A DNA stretch of 61,411 bases. It comes from Candidatus Veblenbacteria bacterium (GTDB lineage: Bacteria; Patescibacteriota; Patescibacteriia; Veblenbacterales; UBA10138). How positions within the stretch are numbered: the stretch's first letter is position 1; the number at the start of each line of letters is the position of its first letter. Both the position numbers and the translations under genes were made by a program. Below are positions 1-8,452 of this stretch, piece after piece. Location: assembly GCA_037439965.1 (NCBI GenBank), contig JBBIVB010000002.1:1-61411 (forward strand), given 5' to 3'. The notes beneath the pieces are model-generated. The model saw nothing but the letters and a program-made list of their open reading frames with translations. It was not told the DNA's origin and made no database searches.

Positions 1-45
1 GGCAGCGCTTCGCGCCGCCCACAAATTGGCTCTCAAAAAGCCGTC

Positions 46-426
46 TTGTTTTGTAGCAGAGTATCTATACAACTAAAACTTATAAGTGGCGGTTTTGCTA
101 TACTTAAAGTTGTGCTATCTGACTTTTATCAAGCCGTATATAAGTTAGTTAAAAAAATACCTAAAGGCAAAGTAGCTACTTATGGACAAATAGCTAGTTT
201 ACTAGGTAAACCCAAAGCTGCACGATTAGTAGGTTGGGCGTTGGCAGTTTGTCCTCATAATATACCTTGGCAAAGAGTGGTGAATCGTGAAGGTATGATT
301 TCTATTGAAAATTTAAATTATCCAAAAGAATTGCAAGTAAAAATATTACAAAGTGAAGGGGTTAAAATTATAAAACAGAATAATAATTGGTGGATTGATC
401 TTAAAAAATATCTTTGGTCTAAATAA
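46..426 (+). CDS. MGMT-family DNA-binding protein without the acceptor cysteine (alkyltransferase-like, ATL)
   Basis: The translation contains YGQIASLLGKPKAARLVGWALAVCPHNIPWQRVVN. This is the MGMT helix-turn-helix, with PWQRV where the PCHRV active site normally sits (Cys replaced by Trp, as in ATL proteins). The real start may be the GTG at 112. Confidence 0.7.
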   Translation: MFCSRVSIQLKLISGGFAILKVVLSDFYQAVYKLVKKIPKGKVATYGQIASLLGKPKAARLVGWALAVCPHNIPWQRVVNREGMISIENLNYPKELQVKILQSEGVKIIKQNNNWWIDLKKYLWSK

Positions 427-430
427 AATT

Positions 431-1837
431 ATGTCTTTAGGTGTTAAACTTACTTTAAATACTTTAGTACAATTAGCGGGTAAATTTTTATCTGTGCTGT
501 TAGGTTTGGCTATAGTTGCTATTATGACTCGCTCTTTAGGTACAGAAGGTTTTGGCCAATACACTACTATCGTGGCTTTTTTGCAACTGGCTGGCATCCT
601 GGTTGATTTAGGGTTGACTGTTACTGCCGGTAAGTTGATCGGGCAAGTGAGTAATGATGAAAATAAATTTTTAAGTAATTTATTTAGTTTTCGTGTTTTA
701 ACTTCGCTAATAGTTTTTAGTTTAGCGCCTTTAGTTGCTTGGTTTTTTCCATATCCTCTGGTGGTCAAAATTGGTATTATTTTAGCAAGTTTATCTTTTT
801 GGGCAGCTTCAGTAGCTCAAACTTTTAGCGCAGTGTTTCAAAAATATTTATGCACACACTGGTTTGTTTTGGCAGAAATTATTGGACGGTTAGTTTTATT
901 AATATTGGCTGTTTGGGCAGCTTTTATTTGGGGCGGGTTAATAATGTTTATTTTGGCAGTAGTGGTTGGCAGTTTAGTTAATCTATTATTAGTTTTGTAC
1001 TTCAGTCGACGTTTGGTAGTGTTTGGTTGGGAAATAGATGTAAAGTATTGGCAAAAAATTTGGCATGAGACCTGGCCGGTAGCTATAACTATTGCTTTGA
1101 ATTTGGTTTATTTTAAAGCTGATACAGTAATTTTATCAATCTATCGTCCCCTGGCAGAAGTAGGAATTTATGGAGCTAGCTATAAAGTATTGGAAGTTTT
1201 ATTAGCCATACCTACTATTGTAGGTGGTTTATTGTTGCCTTTTGTAGCTTCGTTATTATTACAACAAGCTTTAATACAAGTTAAAAAATATTATCAGATA
1301 GGAATTGATAGTATGTTAATTTGTGGCTTAGGATTAATAGCCGGTAGTTTAGCAGTTGGGCCACAAGTGATGGCTTGGTTGGCTGGTGGTAATTTTTATT
1401 TAGCCGGAGAAGTATTAAAAGTAGTTTCATTGGCCACAGCTTTGATTTTCTTGGGTAATTTAACAGGCTATTTTATTTTATCTTTAGGTAAACAAAAAAT
1501 GATAATTAAGTATTATGCTATAGCTGCCACACTTTCTTTAGTTGGTTATTTTGTATTTATTCCTCAATACAGTTATTGGGCAGCTGCCTGGGTAACGGTG
1601 GTTATAGAGGGTTTTATGGCTTTAACTAGTTTTTGGATAATACGCCAAGAATTGCCTCTTAATATCACCCGCTGGCCTAAAATTTTTGTAGCTGCTGCAG
1701 GGTTTTATTTAATTTTATATTTATTAGCCAGCTGGCCTTTATTATTTAAACTAATTTTTGCGGTAGTATTATATTATTTGTTGTTATCATTGCTTAAGAT
1801 AGTTCCTAGAATAAAATTCATTAAGCGGGAGGTATAA
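431..1837 (+). CDS. MOP-superfamily polysaccharide / lipid-linked oligosaccharide flippase (Wzx/MurJ-like)
   Basis: About 14 hydrophobic segments. The N-terminus MSLGVKLTLNTLVQLAGKFLSVLLGLAIVAIMTRSLGTEGFGQY is typical of polysaccharide biosynthesis proteins. I chose the ATG at 431 over 395 because 395 overlaps the upstream gene. Confidence 0.65.
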   Translation: MSLGVKLTLNTLVQLAGKFLSVLLGLAIVAIMTRSLGTEGFGQYTTIVAFLQLAGILVDLGLTVTAGKLIGQVSNDENKFLSNLFSFRVLTSLIVFSLAPLVAWFFPYPLVVKIGIILASLSFWAASVAQTFSAVFQKYLCTHWFVLAEIIGRLVLLILAVWAAFIWGGLIMFILAVVVGSLVNLLLVLYFSRRLVVFGWEIDVKYWQKIWHETWPVAITIALNLVYFKADTVILSIYRPLAEVGIYGASYKVLEVLLAIPTIVGGLLLPFVASLLLQQALIQVKKYYQIGIDSMLICGLGLIAGSLAVGPQVMAWLAGGNFYLAGEVLKVVSLATALIFLGNLTGYFILSLGKQKMIIKYYAIAATLSLVGYFVFIPQYSYWAAAWVTVVIEGFMALTSFWIIRQELPLNITRWPKIFVAAAGFYLILYLLASWPLLFKLIFAVVLYYLLLSLLKIVPRIKFIKREV

Positions 1838-1845
1838 TTAAAATT

Positions 1846-3156
1846 ATGATTATCTCTTGGTTTTATTTATTAATACCCCTTTTATTTTTAGCTTGGTTTT
1901 ATTGGAGCAAGCCTAATTTAGCCGTTGCTTTAGTAGCGGCTTTAGCGCCTACTTATTTAATTAAAAGTTCAATCAGCTTTATACCCACAACTTTTTTAGA
2001 GTTAGCCATTTATGTTTTGATTTTAGTGGAAATAATAAAATATTTATTTAATAAAAAATTTCCCGATCAAGAATTGGTGATTAAATTTAAACCTCTATTT
2101 TGGCCAATTATTATTTGGCTTGCAGTAGCGTTACTGGCGGTTTTATTTTCTTCTGACTTGCGTTTAAGTTTAGGAGTATGGAAAGGCTGGTTTGTTGACC
2201 CAATTTTATTTTTATTTATTTTACTAATTAATATTAAAAATTCCACTGATTGGTTAAGAACAGCAATTGGTTTATTTGTTAGCGCCAGTTTTATTTCAAG
2301 TTTTGGTTTATTAGAATATTCGCTTGGTCAGGGTTTAAGGAGCGATGGTTTATTAAATTCAGTTTATGAGCCAGCTAATTATGTTGCTATGTTTACTATT
2401 CCTATAATATTTTTAGGTATAACTTTAGCTTTACTCACCCAAGATAAAAAAATCAAATATCTTTATTGGTTGCTGCTGCTGGTAAATATTTTAGCTTTAT
2501 ACTATACCAAATCTTATGGTGGTTATTTAGCTTTGGTGGTGGGTTTGCTATTTTATTTGATAATGTATAGCCGACAGAGTATTAAAGCCAGAAAATATTT
2601 ATTAGTATCAGGCATGATTTTAATCTTTTTAGTAAGCGCAGTAGTTAGTTCTCAAGCTAAATTTCAAAACTATTTTAAAAGCAGCGGCCGAACTTCTATT
2701 TCTACTCGCCAGCAAATTTGGTGGACTTCTATTTTACTTATTAAAGAAAAAACATTATGGGGTTGGGGATTGGGAAATTTTCAGGAGAGTTATCGCTCTC
2801 GCGTAAAACAAATTTATCCTAAACCTTTGGAATGGAATGTAGTTAAAGCTCACAACCTTTATTTAAATTTATGGATTGAAATGGGAATTTTAGGTTTATT
2901 AGCGTTTTTGTATTTGATAATAAAAATATTTTCTATATTACGAAGTGAATTAGAAACTGAAATAAAAGAAAGAAAATTATTTATAGCTTCTTTAATAAGT
3001 GCCTTAGTAGCCATTTTAGTGCATGGGTTAGTAGATACTCCATATTTTAAGAATGATTTATCTTTAGTGTTTTTTATTTTTGCTGGATTGATATTATTAT
3101 TAAAGCATTATCAGAATTGGCAGTTGTTAGTGGATTATAAAAAAGAGTTGACTTAA
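1846..3156 (+). CDS. O-antigen ligase / Wzy_C-domain polytopic membrane protein
   Basis: More than 10 TM segments, plus the loop motif KAHNLYLNLWIEMGILGLLAF characteristic of WaaL / O-antigen polymerase / PglL-type proteins. Confidence 0.6.
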   Translation: MIISWFYLLIPLLFLAWFYWSKPNLAVALVAALAPTYLIKSSISFIPTTFLELAIYVLILVEIIKYLFNKKFPDQELVIKFKPLFWPIIIWLAVALLAVLFSSDLRLSLGVWKGWFVDPILFLFILLINIKNSTDWLRTAIGLFVSASFISSFGLLEYSLGQGLRSDGLLNSVYEPANYVAMFTIPIIFLGITLALLTQDKKIKYLYWLLLLVNILALYYTKSYGGYLALVVGLLFYLIMYSRQSIKARKYLLVSGMILIFLVSAVVSSQAKFQNYFKSSGRTSISTRQQIWWTSILLIKEKTLWGWGLGNFQESYRSRVKQIYPKPLEWNVVKAHNLYLNLWIEMGILGLLAFLYLIIKIFSILRSELETEIKERKLFIASLISALVAILVHGLVDTPYFKNDLSLVFFIFAGLILLLKHYQNWQLLVDYKKELT

Positions 3157-3176
3157 GATAATTCTTTTCTTATAAT
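3148..3176 (+). promoter_or_regulatory. sigma70-type promoter TTGACT-17 nt-TATAAT
   Basis: TTGACT lies at 3148-3153 and TATAAT at 3171-3176 with an exact 17-nt spacer. It overlaps the stop codon of the upstream ORF and sits about 97 nt upstream of tRNA-Ser. Confidence 0.55.
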
Positions 3177-3272
3177 AATCTGACTTTTTGGGGGAACTTA
3201 AGAGTTTTCGCACTAGAGCAAAGCATAGTGTGGGGTAAAGGTTTAAGATAAAAAACTTGCCCCGTATAGAGT

Positions 3273-3362
3273 GGAGGAGTGGCCGAGTGGTTGAAGGCGC
3301 AGGTCTCGAAAACCTGTTGGGGAGAAATCCTCTCGTGAGTTCGAATCTCACCTCCTCCGCCA
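3273..3362 (+). tRNA. tRNA-Ser (anticodon CGA), CCA encoded
   Basis: The 7-bp acceptor stem is GGAGGAG/CTCCTCC. The anticodon arm is CAGGT-CTCGAAA-ACCTG. There is a long variable arm, a T arm GTGAGTTCGAATCTCAC, and discriminator G followed by CCA. Confidence 0.9.
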
Positions 3363-3438
3363 GTTTACAATTTTAGATTTATGAAATAACTTTACCATTT
3401 TATTTTTAGTGGTTTTGTGATATTCTAAAATTAGTTTT

Positions 3439-4305
3439 ATGAGCAAAATTCGTAAACTAGTTATTCCGGTAGCGGGTTTTGGAACCCGCTTTTTACCAGT
3501 TACTAAAGCTATACCTAAAGAAATATTGCCAGTAGTAGATAAACCAATAATTCAATACGTAGTAGAGGATGCAGTAGCATCAGGTATTACCGATATTATC
3601 TTAGTCACTAGCCCTGCCAAACAGGTGATAGAGGAATATTTTAGTCTTAATTCGGAATTAGAAAATTGGCTAATCAAGAATAGTAAAGAAGAATTAGCCA
3701 AAGAAATAAATAAAATTTCCAAGTTAGCTAATTTTATTTTTATTAAACAGCAAGGCCCTTATGGTAATGGTACGCCTGTATTATGTGGTAAAGATTTAGT
3801 AGGTAATGAACCTTTTGCTGTGATGTGGGGAGATGAATTTTTTTATACCCCACAAAAACCCCATTTAGCTCAGTTGATCGAGGTTTTTGAAGAATTTAAT
3901 AGCACCATTTTAACTGCCCATTTGGTAGATGATGAAGGGACTACAAAATATGGTATACTAGAAGCAAGAGAAGTTAAAAATAAAGTTTATCAAATTAACA
4001 ATATTATAGAAAAACCAGAGCCCTGGAATACCCCATCACATTTAGCTAGTTTAGGAGGATTTATTTTTACACCAGATATTTTTTTTGCACTCGCTCATAC
4101 CAAAATTGGTAAAGGTGGAGAATTATGGCTGGTGGATGCTGTAGTCCAATTATTAAAAACACATTCAGTTTACGCCAAGTTAGTAGAAGGAGAATACTAT
4201 GACACTGGTTCTAAATTTGGCTGGCTTAAAGCTAATGTGGAATTAGCCTTAAAACATCCTGACTTGGCAAAAGATTTTAAAAATTATTTACAAAATTTTA
4301 AATAG
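3439..4305 (+). CDS. galU: UTP--glucose-1-phosphate uridylyltransferase
   Basis: The N-terminus KLVIPVAGFGTRFLPVTKAIPKEILPVVDKPIIQYVVEDA is the canonical GalU signature. Confidence 0.9.
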   Translation: MSKIRKLVIPVAGFGTRFLPVTKAIPKEILPVVDKPIIQYVVEDAVASGITDIILVTSPAKQVIEEYFSLNSELENWLIKNSKEELAKEINKISKLANFIFIKQQGPYGNGTPVLCGKDLVGNEPFAVMWGDEFFYTPQKPHLAQLIEVFEEFNSTILTAHLVDDEGTTKYGILEAREVKNKVYQINNIIEKPEPWNTPSHLASLGGFIFTPDIFFALAHTKIGKGGELWLVDAVVQLLKTHSVYAKLVEGEYYDTGSKFGWLKANVELALKHPDLAKDFKNYLQNFK

Positions 4306-4316
4306 TCTAATAATTT

Positions 4317-5762
4317 ATGTTTAGATGGAAAATCTATCCGTTCCGGGCGGATTCCGCTTCAAAGATAAAAGATGCCACGAATGTAAATCGATGGTCGCTT
4401 TATTTATTAATCTTAATCATTCCGGTTTTATTACTCGCTGGTTGTAAATTTTTTCCAAGTAAAACGACAAAACAAGCAAATAAACCGGTAAATTTAGTTT
4501 ATTGGCGTGTGACTGGTCAAGATGAACAAAAAGATTTAGCCGCTATTATATCTGATTATATCAGTAACCATCCCCAAGTATCAATTAATGTGAAATATGT
4601 CCGGGCTGAAGAATTTGATCAGAAACTTTTATATGCCTGTGCTACTCATAATTGTCCTGATATTATATCGTTGCCTATAGCTAAATTGCATAGTTGGGTA
4701 GATCTACTTTCGCCTTTACCAGATAAAGTTGAGGTTCCTTATGTTACTATAGAAGGTTGGAAAAAAGACCAAGTGGTTCATCTAGGTGTTACTAAATCGC
4801 CAATGCCTAGCCAATTAGATAAATTATTTACTGATACGGTGGCTAGAGATGTAGTAATTGATGGTAAAATTTATGGTTTACCACTCGCTCTAGATACTAT
4901 TGTGATGTACTATAATAAAGATTTATTAAATAAAGCTAATATTTCTGAAGTAGCTCAAGATTGGATAACTTTTAAAGAACAAGCGGCTAAAATATCTTTG
5001 GTTGATAGGAAAGGAAATTTTATCCAGCATGCCGCGGCTTTAGGAGAAGCGGATAATATTCCTTTGGCTTTTGAATTATTATCTGCTTTAATGATGCAAA
5101 ATGGTACACCTATGACTAATGAGCAGGGTACGCGTGCCACCTTTGACCAGGAAATATCAGTCGGTGGCGAGAGATTTGTGCCGGGAGAAGACGCTTTGCG
5201 TTTTTATCTTGATTTTTCCAATCCCATTAAAGAAGTATATTCTTGGTCAGCTGAAGAGACGAGTGCACAAGACGCTTTTATTGCTGGGCGGTTGGCTTAT
5301 TATTTTGATTACTTTTCTGAATATAAGAAAATTAAAGAGTTAGCGCCGAGACTTAATATTGGTATAACTAGTTTTCCCCAAATCAGTTTGCAAAGTCAGC
5401 CAGTGTATTATGCAGATTATTATGTAGAAGCAGTTCAGATAGATAGTCAAGCTAAACAGGAAGCTTGGGATTTTATTCTGTTTGCTACTACTAAAAAAGA
5501 AGAGAATACTAAATATTTAGAGAGTTCTGGTAAATTAACAGCTTTGCGTTCACAAATTGATAAGCAGAAAGAAGATTTTGAATTAGAACCAGGAGCAAAA
5601 CAACTGCTTAATGCTAAAACTTGGTATCGTGGTTATGATATAGCAGCTACCAAGCAAGCTTTCTTATCAATGATTAGACAAGCTAAATCCGGTACCCACC
5701 TAATAGATGCTTTAAGTTTAGCTACCCGCCAGGTTAATATTACTTTTTCTAAATTAAGATAA
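4317..5762 (+). CDS. extracellular solute-binding lipoprotein (sugar-type ABC substrate-binding protein family), orphan
   Basis: Lipobox LLLAGC. An SBP_bac_1-like N-lobe is present (LVYWRV...ISNHPQVSINVKYV...KLLYACATHNCPDII). No permease or ATPase gene is adjacent. Confidence 0.55.
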   Translation: MFRWKIYPFRADSASKIKDATNVNRWSLYLLILIIPVLLLAGCKFFPSKTTKQANKPVNLVYWRVTGQDEQKDLAAIISDYISNHPQVSINVKYVRAEEFDQKLLYACATHNCPDIISLPIAKLHSWVDLLSPLPDKVEVPYVTIEGWKKDQVVHLGVTKSPMPSQLDKLFTDTVARDVVIDGKIYGLPLALDTIVMYYNKDLLNKANISEVAQDWITFKEQAAKISLVDRKGNFIQHAAALGEADNIPLAFELLSALMMQNGTPMTNEQGTRATFDQEISVGGERFVPGEDALRFYLDFSNPIKEVYSWSAEETSAQDAFIAGRLAYYFDYFSEYKKIKELAPRLNIGITSFPQISLQSQPVYYADYYVEAVQIDSQAKQEAWDFILFATTKKEENTKYLESSGKLTALRSQIDKQKEDFELEPGAKQLLNAKTWYRGYDIAATKQAFLSMIRQAKSGTHLIDALSLATRQVNITFSKLR

Positions 5763-5807
5763 ACAGAAAAGTTTTTAGTTTCCAACTCCTAGTTTTTAAA
5801 TTCTAAT

Positions 5808-6284
5808 ATGTTTTTTACTCGTCGCTCGAAAATAATTTTAATAGTCTTAATAATTATTTCAGTAGGTTTTTTAGCTCAAATAGCTTGGGCAGCAGAGTTT
5901 AATATTGTCAATGGAATAGTTGGTAGTTTAAGTAATGAAGAATGTATAGAAAAAGGCAATTGTGATTTTTGCGATTGGATAAATTTATTTGTAGTTTTAG
6001 AAAAAGTTATTTTATCGTTATTTGGCGGTTTGGCTTTGGTATTAATGGTTTGGGCTGGCCAAAGTTTTATTACTGCTGCTGGTAATCAAGAAAAAATAGC
6101 TCAAGCCAAAAGATTAATGACCTCTACTATTTTTGGTGTAGTAATTATTTTGGCTGGTTATTTTTTGGTTAATATTTTAATTGGCATATTAGTTACACCA
6201 TCAAAACAGCCTCTTAGTAAAAATATTTTTGGTCAACCTTGGGTTGAAGCACTGTGTCCGCCAAAAAAACCAACTAAAACCTGA
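5808..6284 (+). CDS. TrbC/VirB2-like T4SS pilin-module protein
   Basis: Signal/TM segment, then two hydrophobic helices separated by the shared loop motif: LVLMVWAGQSFITAAGNQEKIAQAKRLMTSTIFGVVIILAGYF. The ORF ends at a TGA that is in frame with the next gene. Confidence 0.65.
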   Translation: MFFTRRSKIILIVLIIISVGFLAQIAWAAEFNIVNGIVGSLSNEECIEKGNCDFCDWINLFVVLEKVILSLFGGLALVLMVWAGQSFITAAGNQEKIAQAKRLMTSTIFGVVIILAGYFLVNILIGILVTPSKQPLSKNIFGQPWVEALCPPKKPTKT

Positions 6285-6392
6285 AAAGGTAAATGCGTTT
6301 ATCGTCTTTGCATCCTGGCTGACGAGAAATATGGTGAAAGAGGAGTATGCAAGGAACAAGGTTATTCATGTTGCATAAAAAATAAAGAGAAT

Positions 6393-7391
6393 ATGAGAAA
6401 TATAAGATGGCTATTAATTTTATTTATTATTCTATCGCCACTGCCGGCGCTGGCATTAAAATTACAAAATCCTTTAGGTATTGCTGGCGACCCGAGAGAA
6501 ATTTTTGCTCGTTTAACAGGGGGGTTAGCATCGTTTACCGGAATTTTGGCTTTGGTATTTTTTATTTTAGGAGGCTACCGAATTTTAACCGCTGCTGGTA
6601 ATAGCGAACATTTTGCCAAAGGTAAAACAATGATTTTATATTCAGTGGTAGGTTTTGTTATTACTTTGAGTAGTTACTATATTTTGTTTCAAGTAATTAG
6701 TATTTTAACAGATAAAGATACTTTAACTGGTTTTACTACTAAGCCAGGACTATTTGATCCTTTAAATTTAGATATTAGTTGTTCTAATATGAGAGTTGCC
6801 TTTTATAGCGGGCGGATTTTAAGATCTTTATTATCTGGTTTGGGGGGATTAACTTTATTAATGTTTGTTTATGGTGGATTACAGTGGATGTTAGCCGCAG
6901 GCAATGAGGAAAAAATTATCAAAGCTAAGAAAACTATAATGTATGCTATTTTAGGTTTAGCAGCAGTTTTAGGCAGTTATGTAATTTTGAAATTTGCCTA
7001 TTTACCGTTTTATCAGTTATTAGGCGGGGGTTCTGCCAGCAGTACCTGCAGTACTAGTACAGCAGATAGTCAAGGTAATCATGCCTGTTTTGATTTAGAT
7101 GGTTATTGTATAGATACATCTCAACTTGCTTGTACTAAAATAGGCGGCAGTTTTTATGCTGGCAATACCTGCAATGAAGTTGGTTGTTGTGTACAAAATA
7201 AAGCTTGTATTACAGGCCAAACACCAGCTAGTCAGTTTGTTACTTCTGCTGATGATTGTGTGCCTTATATATTTACATCTTGTTATGCCGGTTTACCGCC
7301 ATCAGGACTTTGTATGGGTTCAGAAGATTATAGTTATGATGGCCAATGTTATAGTCAAGTAACTTTTCAGGCTGGTCAAAAATGCCATTAA
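6393..7391 (+). CDS. double pilin-module protein with a cysteine-rich C-terminal domain
   Basis: Two copies of the module are present (GGYRILTAAGNSEHFAKGK and YGGLQWMLAAGNEEKIIKAKK). They are followed by about 115 aa containing more than 15 Cys. Confidence 0.65.
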   Translation: MRNIRWLLILFIILSPLPALALKLQNPLGIAGDPREIFARLTGGLASFTGILALVFFILGGYRILTAAGNSEHFAKGKTMILYSVVGFVITLSSYYILFQVISILTDKDTLTGFTTKPGLFDPLNLDISCSNMRVAFYSGRILRSLLSGLGGLTLLMFVYGGLQWMLAAGNEEKIIKAKKTIMYAILGLAAVLGSYVILKFAYLPFYQLLGGGSASSTCSTSTADSQGNHACFDLDGYCIDTSQLACTKIGGSFYAGNTCNEVGCCVQNKACITGQTPASQFVTSADDCVPYIFTSCYAGLPPSGLCMGSEDYSYDGQCYSQVTFQAGQKCH

Positions 7392-7393
7392 AC

Positions 7394-7422
7394 TTGTCTT
7401 AATAGTTAATATGTGTTATAAT
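7394..7422 (+). promoter_or_regulatory. extended -10 promoter (TTGTCT-17-TATAAT with TG at -15/-14)
   Basis: TTGTCT at 7394-7399, TGTTATAAT at 7414-7422. It lies upstream of the pilin gene, which has the strong SD AAAGGGGGTGA. Confidence 0.6.
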
Positions 7423-7460
7423 TATATAATTGAACTTAGTAAATCTTAAAGATAAAGAAA

Positions 7461-7855
7461 GGGGGTGAATATATGAAAAAATTAATTAATTCAGCTGTAA
7501 TTGCCGGTTTGTCTTTGGCTCCTACTTTAGCCCTTGCTCAAACTAATGGTGGTCTTAGTAATCTAGAGGGGGGCAATCTTAACCTCGGTACTAATTTGGA
7601 TTTAATTCAGACCATTGGTCAAATTATTAACTTCCTATTGGGCTTTTTGGGAGTCATAGCATTAGTGTTAATTCTGTACGCTGGTTTCTTATGGATGACC
7701 GCTGCGGGTAATGAAGAGAATATAGCTAAAGCTAAGAAAATTATAGGCGCTGCAGTAATTGGCTTGGTGATTATTTTAGCTGCTTTCGCTATCGCCAACT
7801 TCATTATTAGTAACTTGTCTCAGAGTTTGAACGCTAATATTTAGTTTTATATTTT
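7461..7855 (+). repeat. 395-bp direct repeat, copy A (SD + pilin CDS + 11 nt)
   Basis: Manual alignment shows it is identical to 7950..8344. The period is 489 bp. Confidence 0.85.
7473..7844 (+). CDS. TrbC/VirB2-like pilin (probable major pilin), copy 1
   Basis: Signal peptide MKKLINSAVIAGLSLAPTLALA, then LILYAGFLWMTAAGNEENIAKAKKIIGAAVIGLVIILAAFAIANF. The SD GGGGGTGA lies 6 nt upstream of the ATG. Confidence 0.75.
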   Translation: MKKLINSAVIAGLSLAPTLALAQTNGGLSNLEGGNLNLGTNLDLIQTIGQIINFLLGFLGVIALVLILYAGFLWMTAAGNEENIAKAKKIIGAAVIGLVIILAAFAIANFIISNLSQSLNANI

Positions 7856-7861
7856 TTAATC

Positions 7862-7896
7862 AAAACCCCGCTCTTTATAAAGGACGGGGTTTTGTT
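7862..7896 (+). terminator. rho-independent terminator after pilin copy 1
   Basis: AACCCCG (7864-7870) pairs with CGGGGTT (7885-7891), followed by TTTGTT. Confidence 0.6.
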
Positions 7897-7949
7897 ATAT
7901 AGTTTATTAAGTTATAATTAAAAGGCAGATATTTAAAGTATAAGTAAAG

Positions 7950-8344
7950 GGGGGTGAATATATGAAAAAATTAATTAATTCAGCTGTAATTGCCGGTTTG
8001 TCTTTGGCTCCTACTTTAGCCCTTGCTCAAACTAATGGTGGTCTTAGTAATCTAGAGGGGGGCAATCTTAACCTCGGTACTAATTTGGATTTAATTCAGA
8101 CCATTGGTCAAATTATTAACTTCCTATTGGGCTTTTTGGGAGTCATAGCATTAGTGTTAATTCTGTACGCTGGTTTCTTATGGATGACCGCTGCGGGTAA
8201 TGAAGAGAATATAGCTAAAGCTAAGAAAATTATAGGCGCTGCAGTAATTGGCTTGGTGATTATTTTAGCTGCTTTCGCTATCGCCAACTTCATTATTAGT
8301 AACTTGTCTCAGAGTTTGAACGCTAATATTTAGTTTTATATTTT
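7950..8344 (+). repeat. 395-bp direct repeat, copy B
   Basis: Identical to 7461..7855. The sequences upstream and downstream of the block diverge. Confidence 0.85.
7962..8333 (+). CDS. TrbC/VirB2-like pilin, copy 2 (identical to copy 1)
   Basis: The protein is identical to 7473..7844 in the ORF track. On manual comparison the DNA is also identical across the CDS. Confidence 0.75.
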   Translation: MKKLINSAVIAGLSLAPTLALAQTNGGLSNLEGGNLNLGTNLDLIQTIGQIINFLLGFLGVIALVLILYAGFLWMTAAGNEENIAKAKKIIGAAVIGLVIILAAFAIANFIISNLSQSLNANI

Positions 8345-8360
8345 GTATTCTACTTATTTT

Positions 8361-8392
8361 TAATCCCGCTCCTTATATAAGGAGAGGGATTA
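8361..8392 (+). terminator. stem-loop after pilin copy 2
   Basis: TAATCCCGCTCCTTA pairs with TAAGGAGAGGGATTA (15-bp arms, one mismatch). No clear downstream T-run. Confidence 0.4.
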
Positions 8393-8452
8393 AAACTTTA
8401 AATTTATATTCTAGTATGGTATATCTAGTTTAGATTGAAATATTGATTTTAT

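Noticed and set aside
1-45. GC-rich stretch GGCAGCGCTTCGCGCCGCCC at the very start of the window, similar in style to the GC-rich hairpins of the 58-60 kb modules.
   Set aside because: It is truncated by the window edge, and I could not align it to the IR module. There is too little sequence to interpret.
346-768. Antisense or overlapping ORFs from the six-frame track. Examples are 346..768, 3127..3351, 4955..5140, 7619..7804, 8108..8293, 8998..9180, 19147..19482, 20841..21131, 43160..43522, 44087..44311, 50262..50492, 52716..52967 and 54016..54339.
   Set aside because: Each lies inside, and opposite to or out of frame with, a gene that has strong motif support, or over a tRNA. Their translations are low-complexity and have no start context. 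I treat them as shadow ORFs.
6282-6340. Selenocysteine insertion at the TGA, with UCGUC…GACGA as a possible SECIS element.
   Set aside because: The stem is only 5 bp with a 14-nt loop, and it starts about 18 nt downstream. This is not a convincing bacterial SECIS element. No Sec machinery is visible in the window. I kept it only as a remote alternative under the readthrough finding.
7461-8344. Regular 489-bp repeat as a CRISPR-like or satellite array.
   Set aside because: There are only two units. Each is a complete pilin gene with its own SD and terminator, so this is gene duplication rather than a repeat-spacer array. No CRISPR-like short repeats are present anywhere in the window.
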